DNA from: Tubiluchus corallicola
Taxonomy: Eukaryota; Animalia; Priapulida
Length of the DNA stretch: 64,000 nt
Assembly: GCA_030141605.1 (NCBI GenBank)
Contig: JAQGDQ010000088.1
Coordinates: 434,001-498,000, forward strand
Reading direction: 5' to 3'
Made by a program: the position numbers and the translations under genes. The notes under the pieces were generated by a model that saw nothing but the letters and a program-made list of their open reading frames with translations, ran no database searches and was not told the DNA's origin. Shown here one piece after another: positions 23,652-35,534 of this stretch (within the stretch, counting starts at the first letter, position 1; each line of letters opens with the position of its first letter).

Positions 23652-24008
23652 GTAAGTATAAATTTACAGTTTTTTCCTTTTAATGCATTTAATATAATTA
23701 AAGTTCAAAAATAAAATTTCATGCCTTCAAATATAATTTCCTGTACGAGAAACATTTTCTAATTTGCACTAAAACATTTTTTCTCAACTTATTGTTTTAT
23801 ATAGCATTTGTGAAATACTAAGCAGTGGTTTGCTTTTCAAGTGTGTATGAACCTTTGTGTTTGATCACTTTTATCTGTTTAAAAGGTTTAGAAACGGTAT
23901 TGTTGAAATGCCCCTCTGTTTAACTTTATCTTTCTCGGATTCCGACTCCTTCCTAGCAAGAGGCAGTATAGTGAATGAAACAGTGCAGAACAAGTATTAA
24001 ACTTGGTT

Positions 24009-24052
24009 GTCGCCCATCCATTCACTAATCAAGCCTAATGTTGTTGAACTTC
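24009..24052 (-). repeat. Degenerate 5S rRNA-derived fragment (5S pseudogene or SINE3-like head)
   Basis: GTCGCCCATCCATTCACTAATCAAGCCTAATGTTGTTGAACTTC resembles the reverse complement of the 5S internal control region (GTCACCCATCCAAGTACTAACCAGGCCCAACGTTGCTTAACTTC, recalled from memory). The flanks do not complete a 5S gene. Confidence 0.55.
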
Positions 24053-24217
24053 AATTGCTAAATATGCATGGTAACCATTCAAATATTCCTCACTGTTCAA
24101 CTTTAATTTAGAATATATGTTGTTCACTTTGCTTACTTGTCTTTTTGTCCTATGTAATATACTTGCAAGTTGCTATCTTGTACATGTCTCTTAACGATTT
24201 GTTATGTTGTATTTCAG

Positions 24218-24321
24218 TTGTTTGGGAATCGTATGTATGGCGTAATGGCTTGGATTATTCCTGTATTTGTTTCTTTGTCATGCTTTGGAACTGTTAATGG
24301 AATTCTTTTCACGTCAGGAAG
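24218..24321 (+). CDS. SLC7A5/SLC7A8-like: SLC7 transporter coding exon 5 (TM8)
   Basis: Acceptor ATTTCAG, donor AG|GTTCGG, 104 nt, phase 0/2. Encodes [35 protein letters not shown]. Confidence 0.94.
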
Positions 24322-25119
24322 GTTCGGATAATTTTCTCTTTTTTTATGTCCAATTTGTGTGCAATGATTTTGGAAATTATGTAGATTTATGCAGATTTAA
24401 GATATATCTTGTTCTGCATTTTCATTAGTTGCAGTGTATCGTCACCTAATTTATTCATATGAAATGTACTGTAATCTCGAATGTAGTAGCTAAGCTTGAC
24501 CGCTATTGATTTTACTGTCACTAATTATGAATGTCAATATTTGGATGTAAAGCATCGCAAGGGCACCGACATACATATCTAGATCTACATATACATATAC
24601 ATCTAGATCTAAGCAAATTTTACCTACAAATTGATATTACTCCAATATGACCGGACATTAAAATTCCACTTGCCAATTGTCAATATTTGACAGACTAACT
24701 GAATATAAATGATTTAGTAGTTTAAGTCCCATTGCTATGTTTAAATGTCACATAGTAATAAGACAAACTAGTAGTATACTTAAAATACTTAGTGCAAAAG
24801 TCACTCCTACTATCATTTTTTTATTATTCATATTTAAAAAGTGAAAGAAGTAATTACCTTTTTGTTTTTGTGCAGCTGCTGTTTTTATTTAAAAAATTAA
24901 AACAACTTAATTTCAATAAATTTCTGCCTATTACATTTCATAATTTCATATTTTGTAAAGATCTTTGAAATAAGCAGGTGTATATGGTTGTATATGTGTT
25001 ATATGTACTTTTGAATGCAATTATTGTGTTCTTTTGTAGTAAGAACTATTGTTGTTTTTATTCATTTTTGATATAAAATTTCCTAATTCTATTTCTTGAG
25101 TTTTTCTATAATTGTTTAG

Positions 25120-25216
25120 GTTGTTTTTTGTTGGAGGACAAGAAGGACATTTACCAGTCATTGTATCTATGATCCATGTTAAGAAGCATACTCCTTCACC
25201 TGCTCTATTGTTCACT
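25120..25216 (+). CDS. SLC7A5/SLC7A8-like: SLC7 transporter coding exon 6
   Basis: Acceptor TGTTTAG, donor GTAAGT, 97 nt, phase 2/0. Encodes [32 protein letters not shown]. Confidence 0.95.
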
Positions 25217-26368
25217 GTAAGTAAAACATTAAAAAGATTCTCTGAAATATTCTTAATGTTGCATTTGTATGAATTGTGTATGTGAATTAACATAGGTAAA
25301 TTTATCACATGAAAAATTATAATCATTATTGACAGAGAAAAAAACTTCAGTTTCCTATTATCTATTTCTGCAACTGAATCCAAGACTTTCTATCTGCCAA
25401 CTAAAAAAACATTAGCACTCCTAAGCCAAGTTGAATTCCTAGGCTGGTACATTAAATTTTGAGAAAGTATTGATATTTAATCACTTGATTATATATTGCC
25501 CAAGCTGCCAAATGTTAATAGTTGATATTATATATGCCCAAATGACTTGCTTGTCTTTTGCACATGTTGCTGACCCATCATTCATAATAAAATTTCACCT
25601 TGTTAATTTTCGGGATTGAGTTTATTCACATTTTAGCTAAAACTACAGGCACTGACAAATTTTTCTTTTTGGCTTATTTATGCTTATTCACATTTTAAGA
25701 GTCTTACAACATTTTAAGCAAAATATTCTGCAGCAATTGATAGCTGCAAATGATAACTATTGATGGTATTATTTGTTGTTAAAGTTTCAGTTAGTGTAAG
25801 GCAGGCTCTGGCCATAACTTAAAGGCTGTGCATCTCTAATTATTCCTGTGGTTTGCTTAGCGTTCCATATTTATAGACTGAGAAGGATTTTCATTCATTT
25901 TTACGGATTGCTATGGTACTGGCTAAGGAACTGAATAAGAAAAGCTTAAGGTTTCCAGTCAAATACCTAGCCCGTGAGCAATCGACATACTTCTGTACTT
26001 ACTTTGCCATAGTTAGCTGTGGTGATACATTACATTCCTTTTATTAATGTTTTTGTAGTATGGTTTACAGGTGCTGGTACTTTAGCACTTTTTTGACAAT
26101 GTGGTTGAATAGATATTGGATAATGATGACACTACTAAAGCTGTTTCTAGCTCTTTCATTTGCTTCATGTCTAGTTTACTTAATCAACATTGTTGGACAA
26201 AACAACAAACTATTTTCTGTATTCACCAAACTGCTAAAAATTTATACAGTTTTTATAGTGCTCTCTGTAGAAATATTTTTAACAAGTTGATTTCTTAAAC
26301 TTTTGTTGATGCTTAGCTGATACTAATCTGATAGACATTGATATCTGATATATTTTTTATGATTGCAG

Positions 26369-26518
26369 TGTGCAACGTCTCTGCTTATCCTCTGTGTCAG
26401 CGATATTTTTGCACTTATCAGCTATTTCAGTTTTGGCATGTGGTTGTGGGTCGGAATATCGGTCACTGGCATGATCATCTATAGATTTACACGCCCCAAT
26501 TGGCAGAGGCCAATTAAG
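26369..26518 (+). CDS. SLC7A5/SLC7A8-like: SLC7 transporter coding exon 7 (TM9-TM10)
   Basis: Acceptor ATTGCAG, donor AAG|GTGAGA, 150 nt, phase 0/0. Encodes CATSLLILCVSDIFALISYFSFGMWLWVGISVTGMIIYRFTRPNWQRPIK. Confidence 0.95.
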
Positions 26519-26948
26519 GTGAGATGATTATAGGTTTACCGTTGCTTAAGCAGTTTCAAATATAACAAATTTAGTTTTTTAGATTCTGAACTGGTAATCT
26601 AAGAACTCTGAGTTTAAACCTCAAACAGTGTGCTGTTTGAAAATTGTGAAATTTCTAACATAGGAAACATAATGTTTCATTTTAGGTGTGAAGGGAAATC
26701 AGATTTGACCTTTGAGGGTTGTCAGAAATGGCAGCCATCAAAAATTACAACACTTTAAATTGTCATAATTTTGCCACTATTTCACATAGAACTGCAAAAT
26801 AAAGCATCTAAGTGTGTTAGGCTGCCACTTCTGTAGCTTCTTTTGTGTAACCCCACTCAAATGGGTCTGACATTGCTATGTCCAGGACCAATGCCCGATT
26901 CCAACAATTGGCCTGGTGTAGCAAGTACGTTGAATGTGCTGTTTTTGG

Positions 26949-27917
26949 CAAGGCCGACTCTACCACTAAGTAAACTAGGCAGTTGCTTAAGGCCAGATTG
27001 TTGCCAGATTTTGGGGGGTCCCAAATTCTGGAAATAATTCTTTCATTTTTAAGTTTGACATAAGTATTAACATAATGTATGTGTAATTTCTTAAGTGCAC
27101 AATAAGTTAATTAAAGAAAATGAATTACTTTCTTCATTTTCCTGTCCAAATGTATGATTTATCAATGCTAGCAAGTGTGTTTCCACAACACAACCCAGTT
27201 CTCTACTTTCGCTTTATCTTGTTTATTAAGATTACGTCAGTTCACTCAGACACATTTCTCTGCTTTTTGCCTGCAGCTTCTATAGTATGCATAGAGATGC
27301 AGAGCAAAGGAAGCGCTTATAGTAATGATCCTTCCATTAATAAAAGAGTTTCTTGTAATAGCGCTTATCAAATTTTGGCAGGTAAATGTAGGAATAAGTC
27401 TTCAAGAGAATACAGGAAACAAAGGGTAAAAAAGCTGGCTAGTGGTGACAAGTGAACAGGAAAAGGAATCTCTAATGATGAATTTGCAACCAGAGTTATG
27501 ATTGTGCAGATGACGAGACTAGTGAAATGGATGTGTACATAAAAAAATTAGTTAGAATTTCAAAAAATTTCTAATGAAAAGGCTGAGGAAAATCTAGCCA
27601 AATCTAATTATCATATAGGAGAAATTGCAGAAATTTTGATTTCTCCTGAAGACCCTGGATGTACAGTTGGATCATAACTTCAATTTCCAATTCAATCAAC
27701 ACAAGCTGTAGATCTGTAATTAACTACACTTAATTAGTACATCATACTACATATATAAGGCTAATTCACTTTTGCTGTTATACTTTATCATAATATTATA
27801 CAAAAAAATTAAGTTTAAGGGGTGTGGTGTTGATCATGAGGGAAGGGGTTGACCATTCATGGGAGCATGCTAAAAATACTTCTGCCTAGGGTTCCAAACT
27901 ATCTAGAGCTAGTCCTG
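26949..27917 (+). mobile_element. Internally deleted, older hAT-like element
   Basis: Degenerate TIRs CAAGGCCGACTCTA and TAGAGCTAGTCCTG. Near-perfect 8-bp TSD GTTTTTGG / GTTTTAGG. Internal KSSREYRKQRVKK resembles the basic N-terminus of hAT transposases. Confidence 0.65.
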
Positions 27918-29088
27918 GTTTTAGGGGCTGTTTTCTAAAGATCTTGTGTTTTGTGTAAACGGTTGCGATTTTGCTTCATTCACTGCTGTGTTTTCACTAA
28001 TAGGGTGCATCAGCAAAACAAATCTTTCTAGCAGTGTCTATGAGTTTGTACATAGTTTCTGCTGTGTGTATGTAAATTTACACTAGTTTAGGCTTTAGAC
28101 TTGATAAATTTTAGGTTAAGCAGTAATTTATTACAATATGGTCAATCTAGAGCTAAATACCTTATGCTGTCTAATTACATGATCGACTTTAAATAAATTT
28201 TACGTCATGTCATCTCACGCTATCTCACGTCAGCTTTCACTTCATTTCATCTCAGTGTCATTGATTCTTTAAAAGTTTCACTTGGCATATCTGTTAGTTT
28301 TATAAATGCTTTACTTACCTCTGGAAAAGAGTTCCAGATTTCTCAGGCTGTATTTTTTCTTCTGCTGGCAAATGCAGACACTGTGTCATGCTCGCTTGAA
28401 GCATAGAAGACTAGGAATGTCAAGTATTCCATCAAATTAAGAATAGCAACTAATTCTTGAATAGGTATGTACTGGAAGCTGGAAGCCCAGATACACCTGA
28501 GTGGGGTTGGACAAAAGAATCCAGAACATATCGATCTGTGTTAAGTTACACTATAGATACATGCTTAATTTACCGAAATCTCAATGTCCATTGTTACATT
28601 ACATCATTTACAGACATTGTTTTTGTGCATTTACTAAACAACTGTTTTGGGATTATGAAATATTACTGAGTATATAATTTGGCCAAGTTTTTGGTGAAAA
28701 TGGTGTCAAGTATTCCACTAATTGATTCATTTCCAAAATTGGGTACTTAAGAATCACACTTATAAATGCCATCTTGAATTTCTGTTAAAGGCAAATTCAA
28801 ATATTCATATATTCAAAAGTAATTTGAAATTTTGTTTAGATATGCATTTTAATAAATTCGAAATTCGGTGATCTGGGAAAAGTTGTAAAGCCTTGCAAAA
28901 ATATAACACAGATAAGGAATAGCAAGGCTGCAAAAAATTCTGTTTAAAAGTTCTGTTTAAAAAAACTAAATTACTCTGTTATGTTCTGAAAATAATGCTG
29001 CAATAGTGTTTTGCCACTATATTTTTATAACATATATGACTACTGTAAATATGTTTTAAATTTTTTGTTATTTTCTCTTCATTTTCAG

Positions 29089-29266
29089 TTTAACTTGGTA
29101 ATTCCCATCATTTTTGTGATTTGTTCTTTAATCATTGTCATCCTGTCGTTCATCCAAGACCCATTTCCCTGTTTATGGGGTGTTTTCATCCATGTCATTG
29201 GAATACCAGTATATTTCGTATTCATTTGGTGGCAGAAGAAACCTGCAAGTTGTAACAGAACTTTAG
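29089..29266 (+). CDS. SLC7A5/SLC7A8-like: SLC7 transporter coding exon 8 (TM11-TM12)
   Basis: Acceptor TTTTCAG, donor AG|GTATGT, 178 nt, phase 0/1. Encodes FNLVIPIIFVICSLIIVILSF...IGIPVYFVFIWWQKKP. Confidence 0.95.
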
Positions 29267-30257
29267 GTATGTATACATTTTTGTGATAGCAGTTGCTGTT
29301 TGTTTTAAAGTTCTCCAGATTACTGTAATTTCCTCTAGCCCAAAATTTTAAAAGGATGAGGCTTTTTGAACTGATACTGCATGGAATTAATGCAAATATA
29401 TGATTGTTTAAAAGACAAGGAAATGGGCACCTGGTGTAGGTTTCAGAAAAATCGCCTTAAAAATTATAGTACTTTACAGCAATTCAATGCACATATCATA
29501 TTTGTGTTGAAAGGAATTTTCGTTTGTTTTCATTTTAAATCTCCCGCGATGCTGTTCCGACGTCGCCATTACATGACGTCACTCCGCCAATCGGGAAGAA
29601 AAGGCAATGTTAAATTATGACTCAAAAAACTTTCCGTGCAAATCTATATTACTTAGCATTTCACTTACCTACTGGAAAGACATGCAACGAGACTAATAAT
29701 TTAAAATGTTTGTGCGAATAGGCGCAATGTCGCTGACTCACCCCCCACCCTCCATGGTGTGCCACTCATTGTTTTTGACAAAATACAGTAATTTAAAATT
29801 TTACTTAATTAGCATTACTTAATGTATGCTACAAATGCTCTGATTATTTTTTCAAATTTCCTGTCATCAAAACTTATTTCAAACGACTTACCATTAAAAT
29901 GGTTGCGCGTAACGATCATCGTGGGAGTTTAAATTTACATGTTTTATGCAGGGTTACGGCCGGTGCAAGCCATGCACATGCCATAAAATTTCGAGAGTGT
30001 TACAAATTAATGACATTTATCAGGTAAAACTGTTCTTAGGTTTGATGAAGTCTTGCATTATCAGACTGAAATTAGATTATTTTTGTTTGCTTGGTAGTAT
30101 TAGTATTTTATCAAACTAAATCAGGCTTTATTTGTGGTGGCTAATTTGTGTTCAAAAACAAATCAACTGCCCTCCCTTTTCACTAAGCAATGTTTTATTT
30201 AGGTTAGGTTGTTGATGTATGGTACTTGATAGTAGGATTAATAGGTTCCTATGTGTA

Positions 30258-30315
30258 AGCGGAATAGCTCAGTCAATTAGCATGCTTTTCATCCGAAGCT
30301 CCTTGGTTCAGCACA
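30258..30315 (+). repeat. Decayed tRNA-derived SINE head
   Basis: GCGGAATAGCTCAGTC (A-box like) followed about 45 nt later by GGTTC (B-box remnant). No cloverleaf can be folded. Confidence 0.35.
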
Positions 30316-30581
30316 AATATGTAAGAACAGGTTTAAATTTTTGCCTGTAAAAAAAATTGCTAAGCCTAGGTAATTCACAAAAAGTCTTCTTATTGCAAAC
30401 TTCTCATAAACTGATGTTAAAGCTTTAATGATTTCTTGTTTTTACCTGTAACTGTAAACACTTCAAAGAAAAATATCCAATTTAACAATTTTGCATTTAA
30501 ACCTGCAGTCCTACAAATGCACATGCTCAGCTTATATTTGAACAGCTGAAGCAGTTTAAAAACGTTGTGGGTCTGTTTGAT

Positions 30582-30685
30582 TGTCAAAAGTGATACAAAG
30601 AATAAATCCTGCTAATTAATATGTGCTTGCAAATGTCAAAAGTGAGACAAAGAATAAATCCTGCTAATTAATATGTGCTTGCAAA
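30582..30685. repeat. 52-bp tandem duplication (1 mismatch)
   Basis: TGTCAAAAGTGA(T/G)ACAAAGAATAAATCCTGCTAATTAATATGTGCTTGCAAA occurs twice. Confidence 0.95.
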
Positions 30686-31124
30686 ATTGAATAGCTAACT
30701 GTTAATTTTTTTGCACATGAACATTGCTACTGGCGCAAAACATATGTTTGATTTTGTTGTTTGTAATATTATTTACGGTGTGGAGAATAGATGAGTGGTT
30801 CTAATTTTGTTTAGGTGCAAAGTTTAGAAATGCTGGACCTGGGTGGTAAATGAATTTGCATGTGGCTAACACATCTCTTCTGGCTAAATAATTTGTCTTG
30901 GAGGATTAGCCTCAGTCCATTATTATTACCATTATGTACATGTAAGTCTTGTGTCATTGATTGCTGGATACAGGCTTTCACCGCCATGTCAGCTGTGTCA
31001 GAAAGTCATAAAATTTCTAATGAGTGTTACCGTTAAGCTGTATTAAATTTGTATACGTTTTTATTTGTGTCCAATTTTTCTTAAAACACCACATTAACAT
31101 TTTTGGATTTTGTTACCTTTTTAG

Positions 31125-31261
31125 ATAAGTTTACAGTGGCTTTGCAGAAGCTACTGTATGTGGTTGTACAAGAAACTGCCATACACAAAGATCATGACGA
31201 GAAAGAGCAGTCGTATCAGATGATACCAAATCAACAAAATGAATCATCAGCCAAAGCCTAA
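31125..31261 (+). CDS. SLC7A5/SLC7A8-like: SLC7 transporter last coding exon
   Basis: Acceptor CTTTTTAG, phase 1. Encodes DKFTVALQKLLYVVVQE...SSAKA then TAA at 31259-31261. The spliced CDS with one exon 3 totals 1509 nt, i.e. 502 aa. Confidence 0.93.
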
Positions 31262-34200
31262 TATTAAATATTAGACCTAACTTGAACCAGATAGTTCTGA
31301 AATTGTCTAGCATTTCATTATGAAATTATTTAGTTACAGAAATTTACAGACAGTTTGTTCCAAACACTCGAACTATTGCATACTGAGTTGTGTTACAATA
31401 TAGCCCTGCTATTCTGTTGGTGATTTAATTGTCGCAAATGTGTCTTTATATACAAATTTAAATAGTTTTTATAATATTATTTCATGCATAAACTACCTAG
31501 TTATTTTGTTGGGGCACTTGTCTCACTTGTGCATCAAAAAACTGGCTTAACCACTCTAGTTATAAGAGTTATTAAAGATCTGGTTATGAAAATCACATAC
31601 ATTTTGAAGAGATTCATGAAGTATTCTACGGGTTTGCACTTTATAGTTACATTGATTTGCTGTGAGTGCAGCGTTTTAAAAGATCCACTTTAACTTAACT
31701 TGTTTCATAGTGTCTGTGGTGTGATTTTCTAAGTCATAGAAGGAATTTTGAAAGCTTAGTTGTGAATTGGGAGAGTTCTGTTGAGGTATTAATGTTAAAT
31801 GTTGCAGTGGTAACTTTTCTTTCATTTAGTTTGATGTGCAATGTGCATTCCTTTGATAATGAGGTAACCCCCAGTATGCTACATTCATTAACACAAATGG
31901 CAAGTCCTGCCATTATAGTGTTGGATACTGACTTCCACTTTGCTGAACCATGTAAAGTTTGTTTTATTCATAATTCCAAGTTTGATTTCATTAATTTTGT
32001 TGTCTTGCTGCTACAAAATGTATTCATTCTTTTTGGCAGATTTCATAATTTGGATTGATATTAAGTTATTCTAAATTTTGTTAAGTCATACTTGACTACT
32101 GTACACATGCAACAACATATTCATCTTATGTTGGTTGTAAGACGATAATTTTCTACGAATGTTAACCAAAAATGTTAAATAATCATGTTAAATGAGTGAC
32201 CTTTTACTATTCTTTGTTTTATTTATTTTTTTGTAGAAAATGAGCAAACATTCCTTATATTAAGAGCCATCACGATTTACGAAAGTTTGTAACTAATGAA
32301 GTCATAATCAAATTTAATTTGATTAGTGCTATGTTTTTACTGTACTTGTGGTCGTGTATTAGTACTTTATTATTTTGACAGGGTTTACGGAATTCTTTTT
32401 TGTGCTTGCTGACCTTGTATACCTCATGAGGCATTGGTTATTGGTTAACCTCTTTATTTTTATTTATTAGTACTATTTGGTGTAGTTATGTAATAGTTTT
32501 AATTATCGATACGTTCTTTTGCTATATTTTTGCATTTGCAATATATGTAAATTTCAGAATATGTTCTGATGTGATGGCAAATTAGTGTATTTTACTTATA
32601 GGTCAGTTGTAGTCTTTTTAGCAGTTTTGTTAACAACTTTCTTGCAAAATTGCTACTACCATATTTTTTTATTATAATAACCAGTACATTTTCTTAGCTT
32701 ATATTGTTTTTAATTATGATAACGAGCATTCTGAAATTTTAGTGGTTTTTCCTCTTTGTAGTTATGTCTTTTTAGGGATATGTGCTAGATGTAGGCTTAA
32801 AAATAATTGTGAAGCTTCATATAATCATGGAACTCCAAAAATTGTGTTTTTGTACTCAGATACTTGATTTCAGGTCATTTTGAATATTTTTTATGATAAA
32901 TGAATTTGAAAATTTTTTGGGCATGCTGTGTGTGTTCCATATTTAATAATTTGAAGAACTCTGTTTGTAATTTGCTGTACAGTATTGGTCATTAAATTTG
33001 GAAATTGCACTTACTGAAATGTAAACCAGTTATTGTAACCCTGTTATTGTAACATTCCTTTAGCGTTTTCTTATGCCTGATCACGAACAGAAGTGCATAA
33101 CAGTTATTGAAGTTTAGAATCCACTTGAAATGACAAAGCTAGTAATCAATGAAATCTATATGAAATATTTAGGCCACATAAGTCATGGCATTATGAGAAG
33201 TGCAGTGTACATCAAAATGTAAGTCGAGTGTAAATTTGTTTATGCAAATGAATGCCTTCTCACGTTATCTACATTGCACAACAATTATAAGAGGTACCGT
33301 AATCGCACTTTGCAGGGGTCATGGTGCAATGCCAAAATAGACATTTTGCATATCATAACTTTTTCTGTAATTATAACAAATGACACAGCTACAGTTTTTC
33401 TTTAATGTGTTGGACCATGCACTAGGTGCTACATTATACTTGAACTTCCAGTTAATTTGTTCTTAAGAGGGGAAAATTAATTTTGTTTCTGTTTATTGTT
33501 TTTGAAGTGATTGTTGTCATTGCTGTAATATGGAGTGCTTCTCATAGGGTGGTAAATAAAATAAAAAACTAATCTCAAAGAAATTTTTGAGAAATTTTCA
33601 CTTTGTTCAATACAGTTTGTGAACTTTAAAAGCCAAACATTGAAAATCATGTAGAAATATTGTAATAATGTAGAAACGAAATAATGCCACACACTAGCAA
33701 TGACAAATTTCGCATGAGCAACATGCGCTAAACGAGAAACAAGAAATTTTGTCTGCTAATATGGTTTATCATTAAGTTTCATAATACATAAACATTTGGT
33801 GACTTGCCGCAAATAACCACAGAAATTTAATTAAAAAAACAACTTTTTCACTGTACGTCAAGTAAAGCTTACTTATTCAGAAATGTAGCAAACCTTTAGC
33901 AAAAAAATGCATGCAGTGTGAACTGTACATTTACATAAATATGACAATGTGTGTATTTACATAAAATTCTTATGTACACACTTAAGTAACCTTCAAGTTT
34001 TCTCATTTTGTTTTGTATGCAAAATGTTTAAGAAAGATGATGAAAAATTAGATCAATGATATAAAAAGTGCCAAACTGAAAAAATAACAAAGACATCACT
34101 TATCTACCGTGACTACTAATGACTAAGCAATATAGTATAATCTGCTTATAACATGTTTCAGGAAAACAAGAAAACTTACTCACTATAGTCTCATCATAGC

Positions 34201-35534
34201 CGAGGTAAACAGTTTGTGTACAAGATAGAAATGAAGCCTATGAAGCAAATTTGATGTAACAAGAAAAGACCATTTGTTGCAAGCTAATGCGTACCACTGT
34301 ACAGTAACTATTTTATCACAAAAGAGTAAACTTATTGTGTTTAAACTCATGTTTTTCTAGGGTCGATGCCAATAAACTGCATAAAATTATGGCACAAGTT
34401 GCTTTTCTAAGTCACTACTACTGTGATTCATTGTGTACATCTGCTGATAGCTGAATGCCTAGGTATATATAATCATTCAATTGCTTTCCCACAAGATCCC
34501 GGGTTTGCGTGGGTGGAAAACATGGGCTAGTGGTTTTTATTTCAAGTAGCTGTGTAGGCAGGCACAGTATGATTAATGATTATAAACGTTTCAGCATTGG
34601 CCTACATACATCATCTAATAACTAAGTCTACAGTCTGACTCTCTTAATGTTAAATCATTTAAAATCACTCTTTATTTAAAATAGACGTTGCAGTAGTAGC
34701 CTAAAAAGCTACGATGGCCAGTAATAAAATCACAGGAAAAAAGTCACTGGAAAAAGCCACAAGTCACACTTAATTTTGACTTAGGTTGTTTTTTCCTTTG
34801 ACTTTCAAGCTGCAGACCTACCACTTTGTACTTGATACACACTGTTTTATGTATGACCAATCAGTTAATCTCCATGTGGTTGAGGGTACCTTTTGCCCTT
34901 GGTGAATGGTGATGATCAGTTTTAGAACTCGCACTCGTTACATGCAGCTATAAGTAGATTATACTAAAATTTAAAGTGATAAATTGACAATTAATAAACT
35001 AAATTGCAGTGCATCAATGATACTATATCAATACATGAACTTCATATATGTATACAGAGGTTGCATTATTTAACACATTATGTATATAAGTTTAGGAAGA
35101 ACAGACATAAAGCTACAAAATAAAGTCTAAACTGTTAAAAAATAAATGGTCTAAAATTCTGACAAAAATACTTATGTATTATACGTAGAATGTAAATTGG
35201 TAGTGGAACCAAACCTTAGAAAGATCTTAGTTATTTTCTATGCAATGATGAATCATACAGGCATCTAGCCAGACCTTGTTAACTGTTAATATAGACAATT
35301 GGTCTTTGTACAATGGGTAAAGCACAAAAATAAAACAACCTATAATACGATTTTTCACCGTTTTTGCACATTGTCACACTAAAAACTTCTTAAAACTTAT
35401 TGGCTGAAGATATCTAATGAAAAGGTAGCAGTGGAGAGAAACACTTACACAAGGGTAGAATGGTTGAATAACTGCAACAAAGAGTTCTTTGACTAAAAGT
35501 TCGTAGTTCTACAGCAATTTATGAGCGAATAATT

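Noticed and set aside
26060-26290. Hydrophobic ORF as an alternative SLC7 exon 7
   Set aside because: Both nearby AG acceptors hit a TAG within a few codons in the required phase 0, and there is no SLC7 similarity.
30258-30330. tRNA gene
   Set aside because: Only A-box and B-box-like remnants; acceptor, anticodon and T stems cannot be formed.
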